NCBI GenBank assembly: GCA_040510135.1
Contig: JBEVJN010000042.1
Coordinates: 416-64,415 of the forward strand
DNA length: 64,000 nt
Direction of reading: 5' to 3'
Origin: Acidimicrobiia bacterium
Lineage (GTDB): Bacteria > Actinomycetota > Acidimicrobiia > Spongiisociales > ZC4RG35
The notes below the pieces were generated by a model. That model searched no databases and had not been told where the DNA came from. It saw nothing but the letters and a program-made list of their open reading frames with translations. Of this stretch, positions 54,966 to 64,000 are shown piece by piece. The first letter of the stretch is position 1. The number at the start of each line of letters is the position of its first letter. A program made the translations under genes and the position numbers.

Positions 54966-56083
54966 TGCTTGATCCCGGCTTCACCACCGAGGAGATGGCA
55001 AGAGTCTTCACCGCGGCTCGTCGGGTCGAGGCGATGACGCGGTTCGAGGCGGCCCTTGCCCTGGCCCTTGCCGACGCAGGCGTCGCACCCGGCAAGGACG
55101 CCAAGGCAGTGGCGGAAGCCTGTCAAACCTCGGTGATCGACCCCGACACCGTCCACGCAGCCACTTGGAGTGACGGAACGCCACTGACACCCCTTCTCGA
55201 AGAGATTCGTGGGCGTCTGCCCGAGGAACACGCAAAATGGGTTCATTACGGGACGACCACCCAAGATGCCATCGACACCGCCACCATGCTCCAGGCGGGT
55301 GAGGCGCTCGACATCCTCGACTCTGCGCTGCTGACGATCTCGGGCCAGATGGCCGAGCTGGTCCGAGAGCACCGGGATCAGCCTCAGGTGGCGAGGACCT
55401 TCCTCCAACACGCTCTGCCCACCACATTCGGGATGACGGTGGCGGGCTGGCTCGAGCCCACCGTCCGTCACGTCGCCGAGCTCCGCCAGATGAAATCGGG
55501 TCTGGCAGTCCAACTGGGTGGGCCAGTTGGGAATCTCGGCGGATATGAAGGCAAGGGTGTGGCGGTGATGGAGGCCCTGGCTGTACGGCTCGGGCTCATC
55601 GCTCCGGCCCTTCCCTGGCACTCCGATCGATCCCGAATTGCGGCTCTCGCGTCGGCCTTGGAGCGATGCGCTCGAACCATGGCGAAGGTGGGTCTCGACG
55701 TCGCGCTCCTCGCGTCGAGCGACATCGCCGAGATCACAGTGCGACCGGGCGGCTCGACCAGCATGGTCGAGAAGCGCAACCCGATCGATTCGGTCCGGGC
55801 GATGGCAGCTGCCGAGCTGGCGACGGCGGGGACGGGCATGATCACCGATGGCCGAGTCTCCGAGCTGGACCGCGGCATCGGTGGCTGGCATGCGGAGTGG
55901 GTGGCGCTGCCGCTGGTCTTCCAAGCCACGGCGGCGACGGTGGAGGCGATGACCATCTGCCTCGGCTCTGTCGAAGTGGAGGCAGGGAATATGTCCGCCC
56001 GAGCCGCGGGGGGCGGGCCGATCGACCAGGCCCTGATCGACGGCGTCCTCGCCGAGTTCGAACGTGTCGCAGGCCGCCAATGA
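54965..56083 (+). CDS. pcaB: 3-carboxy-cis,cis-muconate cycloisomerase (fumarate-lyase superfamily)
   Basis: HYGTTTQDAIDTA...GGSTSMVEKRNP signature. At 372 aa it is shorter than the roughly 450 aa I expect for PcaB. Confidence 0.85.
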   Translation: MLDPGFTTEEMARVFTAARRVEAMTRFEAALALALADAGVAPGKDAKAVAEACQTSVIDPDTVHAATWSDGTPLTPLLEEIRGRLPEEHAKWVHYGTTTQDAIDTATMLQAGEALDILDSALLTISGQMAELVREHRDQPQVARTFLQHALPTTFGMTVAGWLEPTVRHVAELRQMKSGLAVQLGGPVGNLGGYEGKGVAVMEALAVRLGLIAPALPWHSDRSRIAALASALERCARTMAKVGLDVALLASSDIAEITVRPGGSTSMVEKRNPIDSVRAMAAAELATAGTGMITDGRVSELDRGIGGWHAEWVALPLVFQATAATVEAMTICLGSVEVEAGNMSARAAGGGPIDQALIDGVLAEFERVAGRQ

Positions 56084-56871
56084 CCACTTCCGGGCGCACC
56101 GGGACACTGACCTGGTACACGGTCGGGGACGAGATGGCGCGACCTCTGGTCATGATCCACGCCCTTGGCGCCGACAGCGAGATGTGGGATGCCGAACTCC
56201 CCGAGCTCTCGATTATGAGGAGAGTGGTGACGGTGGATCTCCCCGGGCACGGAAACTCAGTGGCAGGGCCGGGGCCGTACACGATCCGGGCTCTGGGTGA
56301 GGACATACTGGACATCGCCACCACCGCCGGGATCCTCCAATTCGACCTCTGCGGCATGTCATTGGGCGGCGTCATCTCACTGTGGATGGCGGCCCACTCA
56401 CCGGACCGGGTCATGAGCCTGGTCGCATCGAACACCTCAGCCAGAGTCGGAAGCGAGGAGATCTGGCAGGCCAGGATCGACGCGGTCACCGACGGTGGAA
56501 TGGAGGCGGTCTCGGAGCAAGCCCTCGCCAGGTTCTTTACCTCGAGCTTTGCCTCCGAGCAGCCTGACGTCTTCGCCCGCACATCTCGATCCCTGCTCGC
56601 CACCGACCCGGGCGGCTACGCGGCCTGCTGTGCCGCCCTGCGCGACGCCGACCTTCGGGAGTTGGTGGAGGCGATCCGTTGCCCGACCCTGGTGATCGGT
56701 GGGGGCGAGGACATCTCCACCCCACCCGAGCAGTCGGTCTGGCTGCACGAGCACATCCCGGGCAGCACACTTCACATCCTGGAGGGCGCCCCCCATTTCG
56801 CCAATCTCGAACAACCACAGGCCTGGACCGAGGTGGTCGCTCGATTCCTGGCGGAGCAGGGAGCCGCCTAG
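56080..56871 (+). CDS. pcaD: 3-oxoadipate enol-lactonase
   Basis: LVMIHALGADSEMW...CGMSLGG...GAPHFANLEQP. ATGA overlap with pcaB. Start trimmed to ATG 56080. Confidence 0.85.
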   Translation: MTTSGRTGTLTWYTVGDEMARPLVMIHALGADSEMWDAELPELSIMRRVVTVDLPGHGNSVAGPGPYTIRALGEDILDIATTAGILQFDLCGMSLGGVISLWMAAHSPDRVMSLVASNTSARVGSEEIWQARIDAVTDGGMEAVSEQALARFFTSSFASEQPDVFARTSRSLLATDPGGYAACCAALRDADLRELVEAIRCPTLVIGGGEDISTPPEQSVWLHEHIPGSTLHILEGAPHFANLEQPQAWTEVVARFLAEQGAA

Positions 56872-57665
56872 GCCCCGGCTCGGGAATGCGCCTCGTTGGT
56901 GCGCGCCTTCAGGGCGCGAAGCGTGGCGAGCTCCGCCGTCGTCGGCGGCTCGCTGACTTCGAGGGGCTCCCTCACCGCGAGATCCCAACCGGTGGCGGCC
57001 ACGGTCTGCTCGACAGTGACCCCTGGGTGAACCGACACCAGGTTCAGCTCGTGGGTGACCGGATCCGGTCGAAGGACCCCTAGATCGGTGATCACCACAG
57101 TTGGCCCGGCTCCCACATTCCCCTGGCGCCCCTCGCCATGACGCCCGAAACCGACCGAGGTGACGAAATCGACCGCATCGACGAAGGATCTCGGATTCTG
57201 ACGCAGCATCACGATGACCTCACCCGCGGATGAGGCGATCTCGGGAGCGCCGCCCGCCCCGGGCAGCCTCACATCGGGGTTCTCGTAGGAGCCGATCACC
57301 GTGCTGTTGAGATTCCCGTAGCGGTCGATCTGGGCAGCCGACAGGAACCCGACATCGATCCGACCACCCTGGAGCCAGTAACTGAACACCTCGGGGACAC
57401 TGACGACCAGGTCTGCCTTCTCGGCCAGCTCGCCATCGCCGATGGAGAGCGGAAGGATCTCGGGGCGCGTCCCGATCGTGCCCGACTCGTAGATGAGCAC
57501 CACCTCGGGAGCATGGGACAGGCGGGCCAGATTTGCCGCCTCGCTGGGAAGACCGATCCCGACGAAGCAGACCTGCCCGTTTCTGAGGCCACGGGACGCA
57601 GTCACCGTCATCATCTCATCCGGCGTGAACGTCTCCCCGTCGGGACCTGTCTCAACCATGGGCAC
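56868..57665 (-). CDS. pcaJ: 3-oxoacid/3-oxoadipate CoA-transferase subunit B
   Basis: CFVGIGLPSEAANL...ESGTIG includes the glutamate active-site region. Its context is convergent with the pca operon. Confidence 0.88.
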   Translation of the reverse strand: MPMVETGPDGETFTPDEMMTVTASRGLRNGQVCFVGIGLPSEAANLARLSHAPEVVLIYESGTIGTRPEILPLSIGDGELAEKADLVVSVPEVFSYWLQGGRIDVGFLSAAQIDRYGNLNSTVIGSYENPDVRLPGAGGAPEIASSAGEVIVMLRQNPRSFVDAVDFVTSVGFGRHGEGRQGNVGAGPTVVITDLGVLRPDPVTHELNLVSVHPGVTVEQTVAATGWDLAVREPLEVSEPPTTAELATLRALKARTNEAHSRAGA

Positions 57666-58506
57666 GGCTCGAGATCAGGTCCAGATAGGCGCCGTGATCG
57701 GGCGTGCCGACTACGAACTCGTTCATCCACTGCGAGAACGAATCCCGGTCCCGGGAGATGGCGTCCCAGTCGGTGTAGAAGGCGTTGTCCCGCTTCGTGA
57801 ACCCCATCGAGTACGAGGGGTGGGAGCCACGGGGCACGTGGGCCACGGCCGTCACGGTCCATGAGGGCAGCACCACGTGGTTTGGCCCCGTCACAGAGAG
57901 CTCATCGACTACCTCCTCGACGGTCACGATCGACGACCTTGCGGCCAGCACCGCCTCACGCTGGACACCGGTGATGCCCCACAGGCCGACGTTTCCCTTT
58001 CGATCCGCCTGCTGGGCGTGAATGACGGCGACGTCTGGCGTCAGCGCCGGCACCGCCGCCAGCTCCTCGCCGGTGAACGGGCACGAAATGCGGGCGACCG
58101 CGGTGTGAGCCAAGAGGTCCGAGCCGGCGTATCCCCTGAGGACGCCAAAAGGAAGACCAGAGGCACCGGCCGCATACCGGGCCGCCATGCCGGCATGACT
58201 GTGTTCCTCCAGCTCCAACGGCCGGGGATGACCATGCTCGACCGCGTCCCGAAGTCTGTGCAGCGAACCGACACCCGGATTCCCGCCCCAGGAGAAGATC
58301 AGGCCGCGGGCGCAGCCCATGCCGATCAACTGGTCGTAGATCACATCGGGAGTCATGCGAGCCAGCGTCAAGTCCTTCCGCTCCTGCCTGATCAACTCGT
58401 GACCGGCGGCGAACGGAATCAGATGGGTGAACCCCTCCATGGCCACAGTCGCCCCGTCCGCGACCAGGTCACCGACGGCGTCGGTGAGCGACACGATCTC
58501 GGCCAT
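57652..58506 (-). CDS. pcaI: 3-oxoacid/3-oxoadipate CoA-transferase subunit A
   Basis: LVADGATVAMEGFTHLIPFAAGHELIRQ... Overlaps pcaJ by 14 nt. Confidence 0.88.
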   Translation of the reverse strand: MAEIVSLTDAVGDLVADGATVAMEGFTHLIPFAAGHELIRQERKDLTLARMTPDVIYDQLIGMGCARGLIFSWGGNPGVGSLHRLRDAVEHGHPRPLELEEHSHAGMAARYAAGASGLPFGVLRGYAGSDLLAHTAVARISCPFTGEELAAVPALTPDVAVIHAQQADRKGNVGLWGITGVQREAVLAARSSIVTVEEVVDELSVTGPNHVVLPSWTVTAVAHVPRGSHPSYSMGFTKRDNAFYTDWDAISRDRDSFSQWMNEFVVGTPDHGAYLDLISSRAHG

Positions 58507-58597
58507 CGCTAATTCCTATTGGGCCAAGCAGACAACCCGCCCACGATACCGCTGGCCGATTCCGTCGCTCCGCCACTCCGATCATTAGCTTGCCCGC

Positions 58598-59029
58598 ATG
58601 CCAGGGCAGAGCTTTCAGCACTCAACGACGACATCACTGGAGCCTTCTCGGGTGTGGGCGTCCCTCGACGAGCCTCATACCTGGGAAGCGATCCCGGGCG
58701 TAGATCGGGTAATCGACGCCGCCGTGGATCCGGATGGCCGTCTGCGCGGCTTCTCTTTCGAGAGCGACGTCGGCGGCCGGAAATACCTGGGGAAGGCGAC
58801 CCCTGGCGGTCGGGAGGAGGGTCGTCTGATGGCCTGGGACATCGACTCCTCGGAGGTCAAGGGCAAGGTGTCGATCGAGCTCGGGCCGAATGCCGACGGC
58901 ACGAGAGTCCAGGTCCGTCTCGACGTCGAAGGAGTCGGGATGCTCGGCTCCCTCTTCTTCCCCGTCATCGCCTCTGCCATCGGCAGCGGGTTCGCGGCGA
59001 CAGTGGAGGAGTTCGTCGCCGGCCTGTGA
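58598..59029 (+). CDS. SRPBCC (START/cyclase-dehydrase-like) family protein
   Basis: 143 aa with a pattern typical of SRPBCC ligand-binding proteins (WASLDEPHTWEAIPGVD...). Weak call. Confidence 0.6.
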   Translation: MPGQSFQHSTTTSLEPSRVWASLDEPHTWEAIPGVDRVIDAAVDPDGRLRGFSFESDVGGRKYLGKATPGGREEGRLMAWDIDSSEVKGKVSIELGPNADGTRVQVRLDVEGVGMLGSLFFPVIASAIGSGFAATVEEFVAGL

Positions 59030-59032
59030 CGT

Positions 59033-59389
59033 TCAGGGCTCGGGTTCGGATTCGGGAGCTTCCTCAGGTTCCTCCGAGTCGGCCGCGAGCTGTTCCGCCA
59101 CCTGTCTCGCCTCATCGCGGCCGCCCGCCGTGATCTGGGCCCGGTCGGTGATGAGGGTTACCTGGTTGTCGAGGACCTGGAGGAACCCGCCGTGGACACC
59201 GATGGTGGTGCGAGCGCCGTCCGCGGCCTCCACAATCACCGCCCCGGTGACGAGGGAGCCCATCAGCGGCTCATGGTTGGCCATGATCCCGAGCTCACCC
59301 TCCGGAGTCTTGGCCAGGAGGAACGTTGCGGTGCCACTCCACACCGTCTCCTCAGGGGAGACCACGTCGACCTGGAAGGTGTTAGCCAT
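59033..59389 (-). CDS. atpC: F1 ATP synthase epsilon subunit
   Basis: FQVDVVSPEETVWSG...GELGIMANHEPL. Acidic tail. Confidence 0.92.
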   Translation of the reverse strand: MANTFQVDVVSPEETVWSGTATFLLAKTPEGELGIMANHEPLMGSLVTGAVIVEAADGARTTIGVHGGFLQVLDNQVTLITDRAQITAGGRDEARQVAEQLAADSEEPEEAPESEPEP

Positions 59390-59395
59390 GCGGGA

Positions 59396-60850
<1,455 letters not shown>

Positions 60851-61735
60851 TCATCTGCTCGCCTCGGCCAGGGCCTCGGCACCGCCCACGATCTCGGAGA
60901 TGGCCGTGGTGATCTCGGCTTGCCGGGCCCGGTTGGCCTGAACGGAGAGGACCCTGATCAGGTCCTCGGCGTTGTCCGTGGCGGCCTTCATTGCGCGGCG
61001 CCGGGCGCTGTGCTCCGACGCAGACGCCTCGAGCAGGACGTTGAAGACCGTAGCCTCGACATATCTCGGAAGGAGGCGGTCGAGGATCTCTTCGGGCGAG
61101 GGCTCGAACTCGTACGTGGCCGACGGGCCTTCCTTTTCGGTTCGATCCGGTGGGGTGATGGGAAGCAGGTCGAGACGAGTCGGGGCCTGATTCATCGCCG
61201 ATTGGTATCGGGTGAAGAAAACCTCGACCGAATCGATGTGCTCGGTCGCGAAAGCGGTCAGCACCGAGCTGGCCACAGCCCGAGCATCCCCGTATCCGGG
61301 GGTGTCGGTGACCCCGATATAGGCGCCATCGATGCGGAACCCCCGATAACGGAAGTAGGCCTGCGCCTTCTTCCCGATCGCGTACAGAGCGACGTCTTTT
61401 CCCTCTCGGTCCAGCTGGCGAATCCGGTTCTCCGCCAGCCTGATGATGTTGGATGCATAGGACCCGGCGAGCCCGCGGTCCGAAGTCACGATGACCAGCC
61501 CGACCGTCTTGACCTCACGTTGCTCGAGGAGGCGATGCTTGGCCCCGGCGCCGGCGGCGCCGACGTTCTCGATGACCTCGATCAGCTTGGCGGTGTATGG
61601 CTTCGAGGCATTGACCCGGGCCTGCGCTTTCGGGATCCGGCTGGTGGCGATCAGCTCCATGGCGCGAGTGATCTTCTTGATCGCCTCGACGCTCCTGATG
61701 CGACGCCGGGTGTCCCTCAGCTGGGCGGAGGCCAT
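60851..61735 (-). CDS. atpG: F1 ATP synthase gamma subunit
   Basis: RRIRSVEAIKKITRAMELIA...EITTAISEIVGGAEAL. Confidence 0.95.
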   Translation of the reverse strand: MASAQLRDTRRRIRSVEAIKKITRAMELIATSRIPKAQARVNASKPYTAKLIEVIENVGAAGAGAKHRLLEQREVKTVGLVIVTSDRGLAGSYASNIIRLAENRIRQLDREGKDVALYAIGKKAQAYFRYRGFRIDGAYIGVTDTPGYGDARAVASSVLTAFATEHIDSVEVFFTRYQSAMNQAPTRLDLLPITPPDRTEKEGPSATYEFEPSPEEILDRLLPRYVEATVFNVLLEASASEHSARRRAMKAATDNAEDLIRVLSVQANRARQAEITTAISEIVGGAEALAEASR

Positions 61736-61747
61736 GCCCGGTTCTCC

Positions 61748-63289
61748 CTACTCCTCGACCCCGGAGCCTTCAAAGGTCTCCTTGAACTGGGTGATTGCGT
61801 TGGGCACCTCGTCACCCTCCGCGAGCTTGCCCGTGTCGCGGATCTCGGAGAGGAGGCCGGGGTGCCGGCTTCGGAAAAACTCGCGTAGCTCCCCTTCGAA
61901 GCGGCGGATATCCGCGATAGGGACATCGTCCATATGGCCCTCGGTGACCGCGTAGACAGATACCACCTGCTCCTCGATCGGGACCGGGGCGAACTGCGGC
62001 TGCTTGAGCACCTCGACCACCCGGCGCCCACGCTCCAACTGGGCCAGCGAGGTGGCGTCCAACTCCGAACCGAACTCGGCGAAAGCGGCCAGCTCGCGGA
62101 ACTGCGCCAAGTTGAGGCGAAGGGGCCCGGCGATCTTTCTCATGGCCGGAACCTGGGCGGCGCCTCCGACCCGGGAAACCGAGATGCCGGCGTCGAGTGC
62201 AGGGCGGATGCCCTGGAAGAAGAGATCGGCAAGCAGATAGCACTGCCCATCCGTGATCGAGATCACGTTGGTCGGGATGTAGGCCGAGATGTCGTTGGCC
62301 TTGGTCTCGATCACCGGGAGACCGGTGAGGGAGCCGCCACCGAGCTCGTCGGAGAGCTTGGCGCAGCGCTCGAGGAGACGGCTGTGCAGATAGAACACGT
62401 CGCCGGGGTACGCCTCACGGCCCGGGGGGCGGCGCAAGAGCAGCGAGATCTCGCGATAGGCCACGGCCTGTTTGGAGAGGTCATCGAAGATGACCAGGGC
62501 ATGCTCACCGTTGTACATCCAGTGCTGGCCGATGGCCGATCCCGCATACGGGGCATACATCTGCAACGCAGGGGCGGCAGAGGCTGCGGCATTGACCACG
62601 ACCGTGTACTCCATGGCGCCGTGCTCTTCGAGAGTGGCGACGATCTCGGCCACGGTGGAGGCCTTTTGCCCGATGGCCACGTAGATGCACTTGACCTGGT
62701 CCTTGGTCCCCTGGTTGACCTTCTGGTTGATGATCGTGTCGACCACGATGGCGGTCTTGCCGATCTGGCGGTCGCCGATGATCAACTGGCGCTGACCACG
62801 ACCGATCGGGGTCATCGAATCGATGGCCTTGATCCCGGTCTGAAGCGGCTCCTTGACCGGCTGCCGCTCCACCACAGAGGGCGCCTGAGTCTCGAGGAGG
62901 CGGCGCTCGGTGGTGTTGATCGGGCCCTTGCCGTCCACCGGATTGCCCAGCGGGTCGATGACACGTCCGAGCAAGGCATCCCCCACCGGGACCGACAGCA
63001 CCGTGCCCGTCTGCTTGACCGGGTCGCCCTCCTGGATGTGGCTGGCCTCTCCCAGGACCACCACACCGAGGTCCTCCTCGTCGATGTTGAGGGTGACACC
63101 GATCAGCCCACCGGGGAACTCGAGCAGCTCGGATGCCATGACTTTGGGCAGGCCTTCGACACGAGCGACGCCGTCGGCGATGGCGGTGACGTATCCGACC
63201 GTTTCCTTGTCGACCTCAGGTTGCCAGCCCGCGAGCTGCTCCTTGAGCGACTTGGTGATCTGATCGGCAGTGATGGTCAAATCGGTCAT
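61748..63289 (-). CDS. atpA: F1 ATP synthase alpha subunit
   Basis: [15 protein letters not shown] (Walker A)...[20 protein letters not shown]. Confidence 0.97.
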   Translation of the reverse strand: MTDLTITADQITKSLKEQLAGWQPEVDKETVGYVTAIADGVARVEGLPKVMASELLEFPGGLIGVTLNIDEEDLGVVVLGEASHIQEGDPVKQTGTVLSVPVGDALLGRVIDPLGNPVDGKGPINTTERRLLETQAPSVVERQPVKEPLQTGIKAIDSMTPIGRGQRQLIIGDRQIGKTAIVVDTIINQKVNQGTKDQVKCIYVAIGQKASTVAEIVATLEEHGAMEYTVVVNAAASAAPALQMYAPYAGSAIGQHWMYNGEHALVIFDDLSKQAVAYREISLLLRRPPGREAYPGDVFYLHSRLLERCAKLSDELGGGSLTGLPVIETKANDISAYIPTNVISITDGQCYLLADLFFQGIRPALDAGISVSRVGGAAQVPAMRKIAGPLRLNLAQFRELAAFAEFGSELDATSLAQLERGRRVVEVLKQPQFAPVPIEEQVVSVYAVTEGHMDDVPIADIRRFEGELREFFRSRHPGLLSEIRDTGKLAEGDEVPNAITQFKETFEGSGVEE

Positions 63290-63297
63290 ATGACTCC

Positions 63298-63831
63298 TCA
63301 GCGGCTCAGTACGGCCTGGCGAAGGTCGCCAATGGCGTTGGCAATGGTCCCGTCGATCACGACGTCCCCGACGCGGGCCACGATGCCGCCGATGACCGAC
63401 TCGTCGACAACGACCTTCACCTCGACCTTCTTTCCGGTGGCCTTGCCCAGAGCCCCAGCAAGACGCTCGATGGTCGCGTCGTCGAGTGGCACAGCAGAAC
63501 GCACCTCGGCCAGAGCCTTGGACCGCGACTCCACTGCCTTCTCGACGAAGCTCTTGGCTATCTCCGGGATGTCGGACGATCGGCCCTGACTGACGATGAA
63601 TTGGACGAACCCCACCGTGAGCGACGAGGCACGGCCACTCATCAGGTCGTCGATGATCGCACTTTTCTTGTCCAGGGGAAGGTTGGGGTCGGTCAGTGTC
63701 GACCTGAGCTCAGCGGACTTCTCGAAGGCCTGGCCCAGGGCCAGGAACTCGGTCTCGACGCGACTCAGCTCACCCTCGGCCTCGGCAAGGTCGAGGATGG
63801 CGCTGGCGTAACCGCTGATCCGATCATCCAT
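63298..63831 (-). CDS. atpH: F1 ATP synthase delta (OSCP) subunit
   Basis: [16 protein letters not shown]...[22 protein letters not shown]. Confidence 0.9.
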   Translation of the reverse strand: MDDRISGYASAILDLAEAEGELSRVETEFLALGQAFEKSAELRSTLTDPNLPLDKKSAIIDDLMSGRASSLTVGFVQFIVSQGRSSDIPEIAKSFVEKAVESRSKALAEVRSAVPLDDATIERLAGALGKATGKKVEVKVVVDESVIGGIVARVGDVVIDGTIANAIGDLRQAVLSR

Positions 63832-64000
63832 CTAGAGCTGCTCCAGGTCCGCCAGGTAGCGATCGATCAGGTCCTGCTGCATCTTGTCGTCGAGCGATTC
63901 ACCGACGATCTTCTCGGCCAGGCCGACCGAGATCTCCCCCACCTCGCGGCGGGCCTCCGCCAGGGCACGGGTCTTCTCGTTCTCGGCCTCTTCGCGCGCC
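63832..64000 (-). CDS. atpF: Fo ATP synthase subunit b, C-terminal part (5' end outside the window)
   Basis: My own translation gives ...AREEAENEKTRALAEARREVGEISVGLAEKIVGESLDDKMQQDLIDRYLADLEQL*. The TAG stop abuts the atpH ATG. Confidence 0.75.
   Translation of the reverse strand, partial: AREEAENEKTRALAEARREVGEISVGLAEKIVGESLDDKMQQDLIDRYLADLEQL

Overview
Visibly GC-rich, densely packed bacterial chromosome segment of about 75 genes. Many neighbouring genes share 4-nt ATGA/GTGA start-stop overlaps. The synteny looks actinobacterial: eno-ftsB-DUF501-ppx, mfd, pth-rplY, nickel SOD sodN/sodX, and atpFHAGDC at the right edge. Layout: (i) 1-15.6 kb is a housekeeping block. (ii) 15.6-24 kb holds mixed enzymes: pgl, esterase, GNAT, AlkA-like glycosylase, nitroreductase, a molybdopterin oxidoreductase under an HxlR regulator, and a PuuD/GlnA-like gamma-glutamyl pair. 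(iii) 24.4-26.7 kb holds three membrane proteins. (iv) 26740-32124 (minus strand) is a nine-gene bacterial microcompartment (BMC) operon. It encodes 1 BMC-H, 2 BMC-T, 3 BMC-P, an acylating aldehyde dehydrogenase, a deoxyribose-phosphate aldolase and an RpiB. All three enzymes carry N-terminal amphipathic extensions. A small HTH protein is transcribed divergently. (v) 33-41 kb holds metG, sodN plus a sodX-glycosylase fusion, ACT, DUF3048 and an amidase. (vi) 41-58.5 kb holds korAB and aromatic catabolism (TetR-paaEDCBA with a perfect palindromic operator, pobA-pcaCHGBD, pcaIJ), an ABC-F ATPase and an RCK-type channel. (vii) 59-64 kb holds F1Fo ATP synthase genes. I recognised no rRNA, tRNA, CRISPR array or transposase. 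The BMC operon is the stand-out system: it resembles the bioinformatically predicted, experimentally uncharacterised 'sugar phosphate utilisation'/Haliangium-type loci but has an unusually minimal enzyme core. The ORF track translates GTG/TTG starts as M and reports the longest ORF. I therefore trimmed many 5' ends where the extension overlaps the upstream gene and is Arg/Gly/Pro-rich. All calls come from reading the translations; no searches were run.
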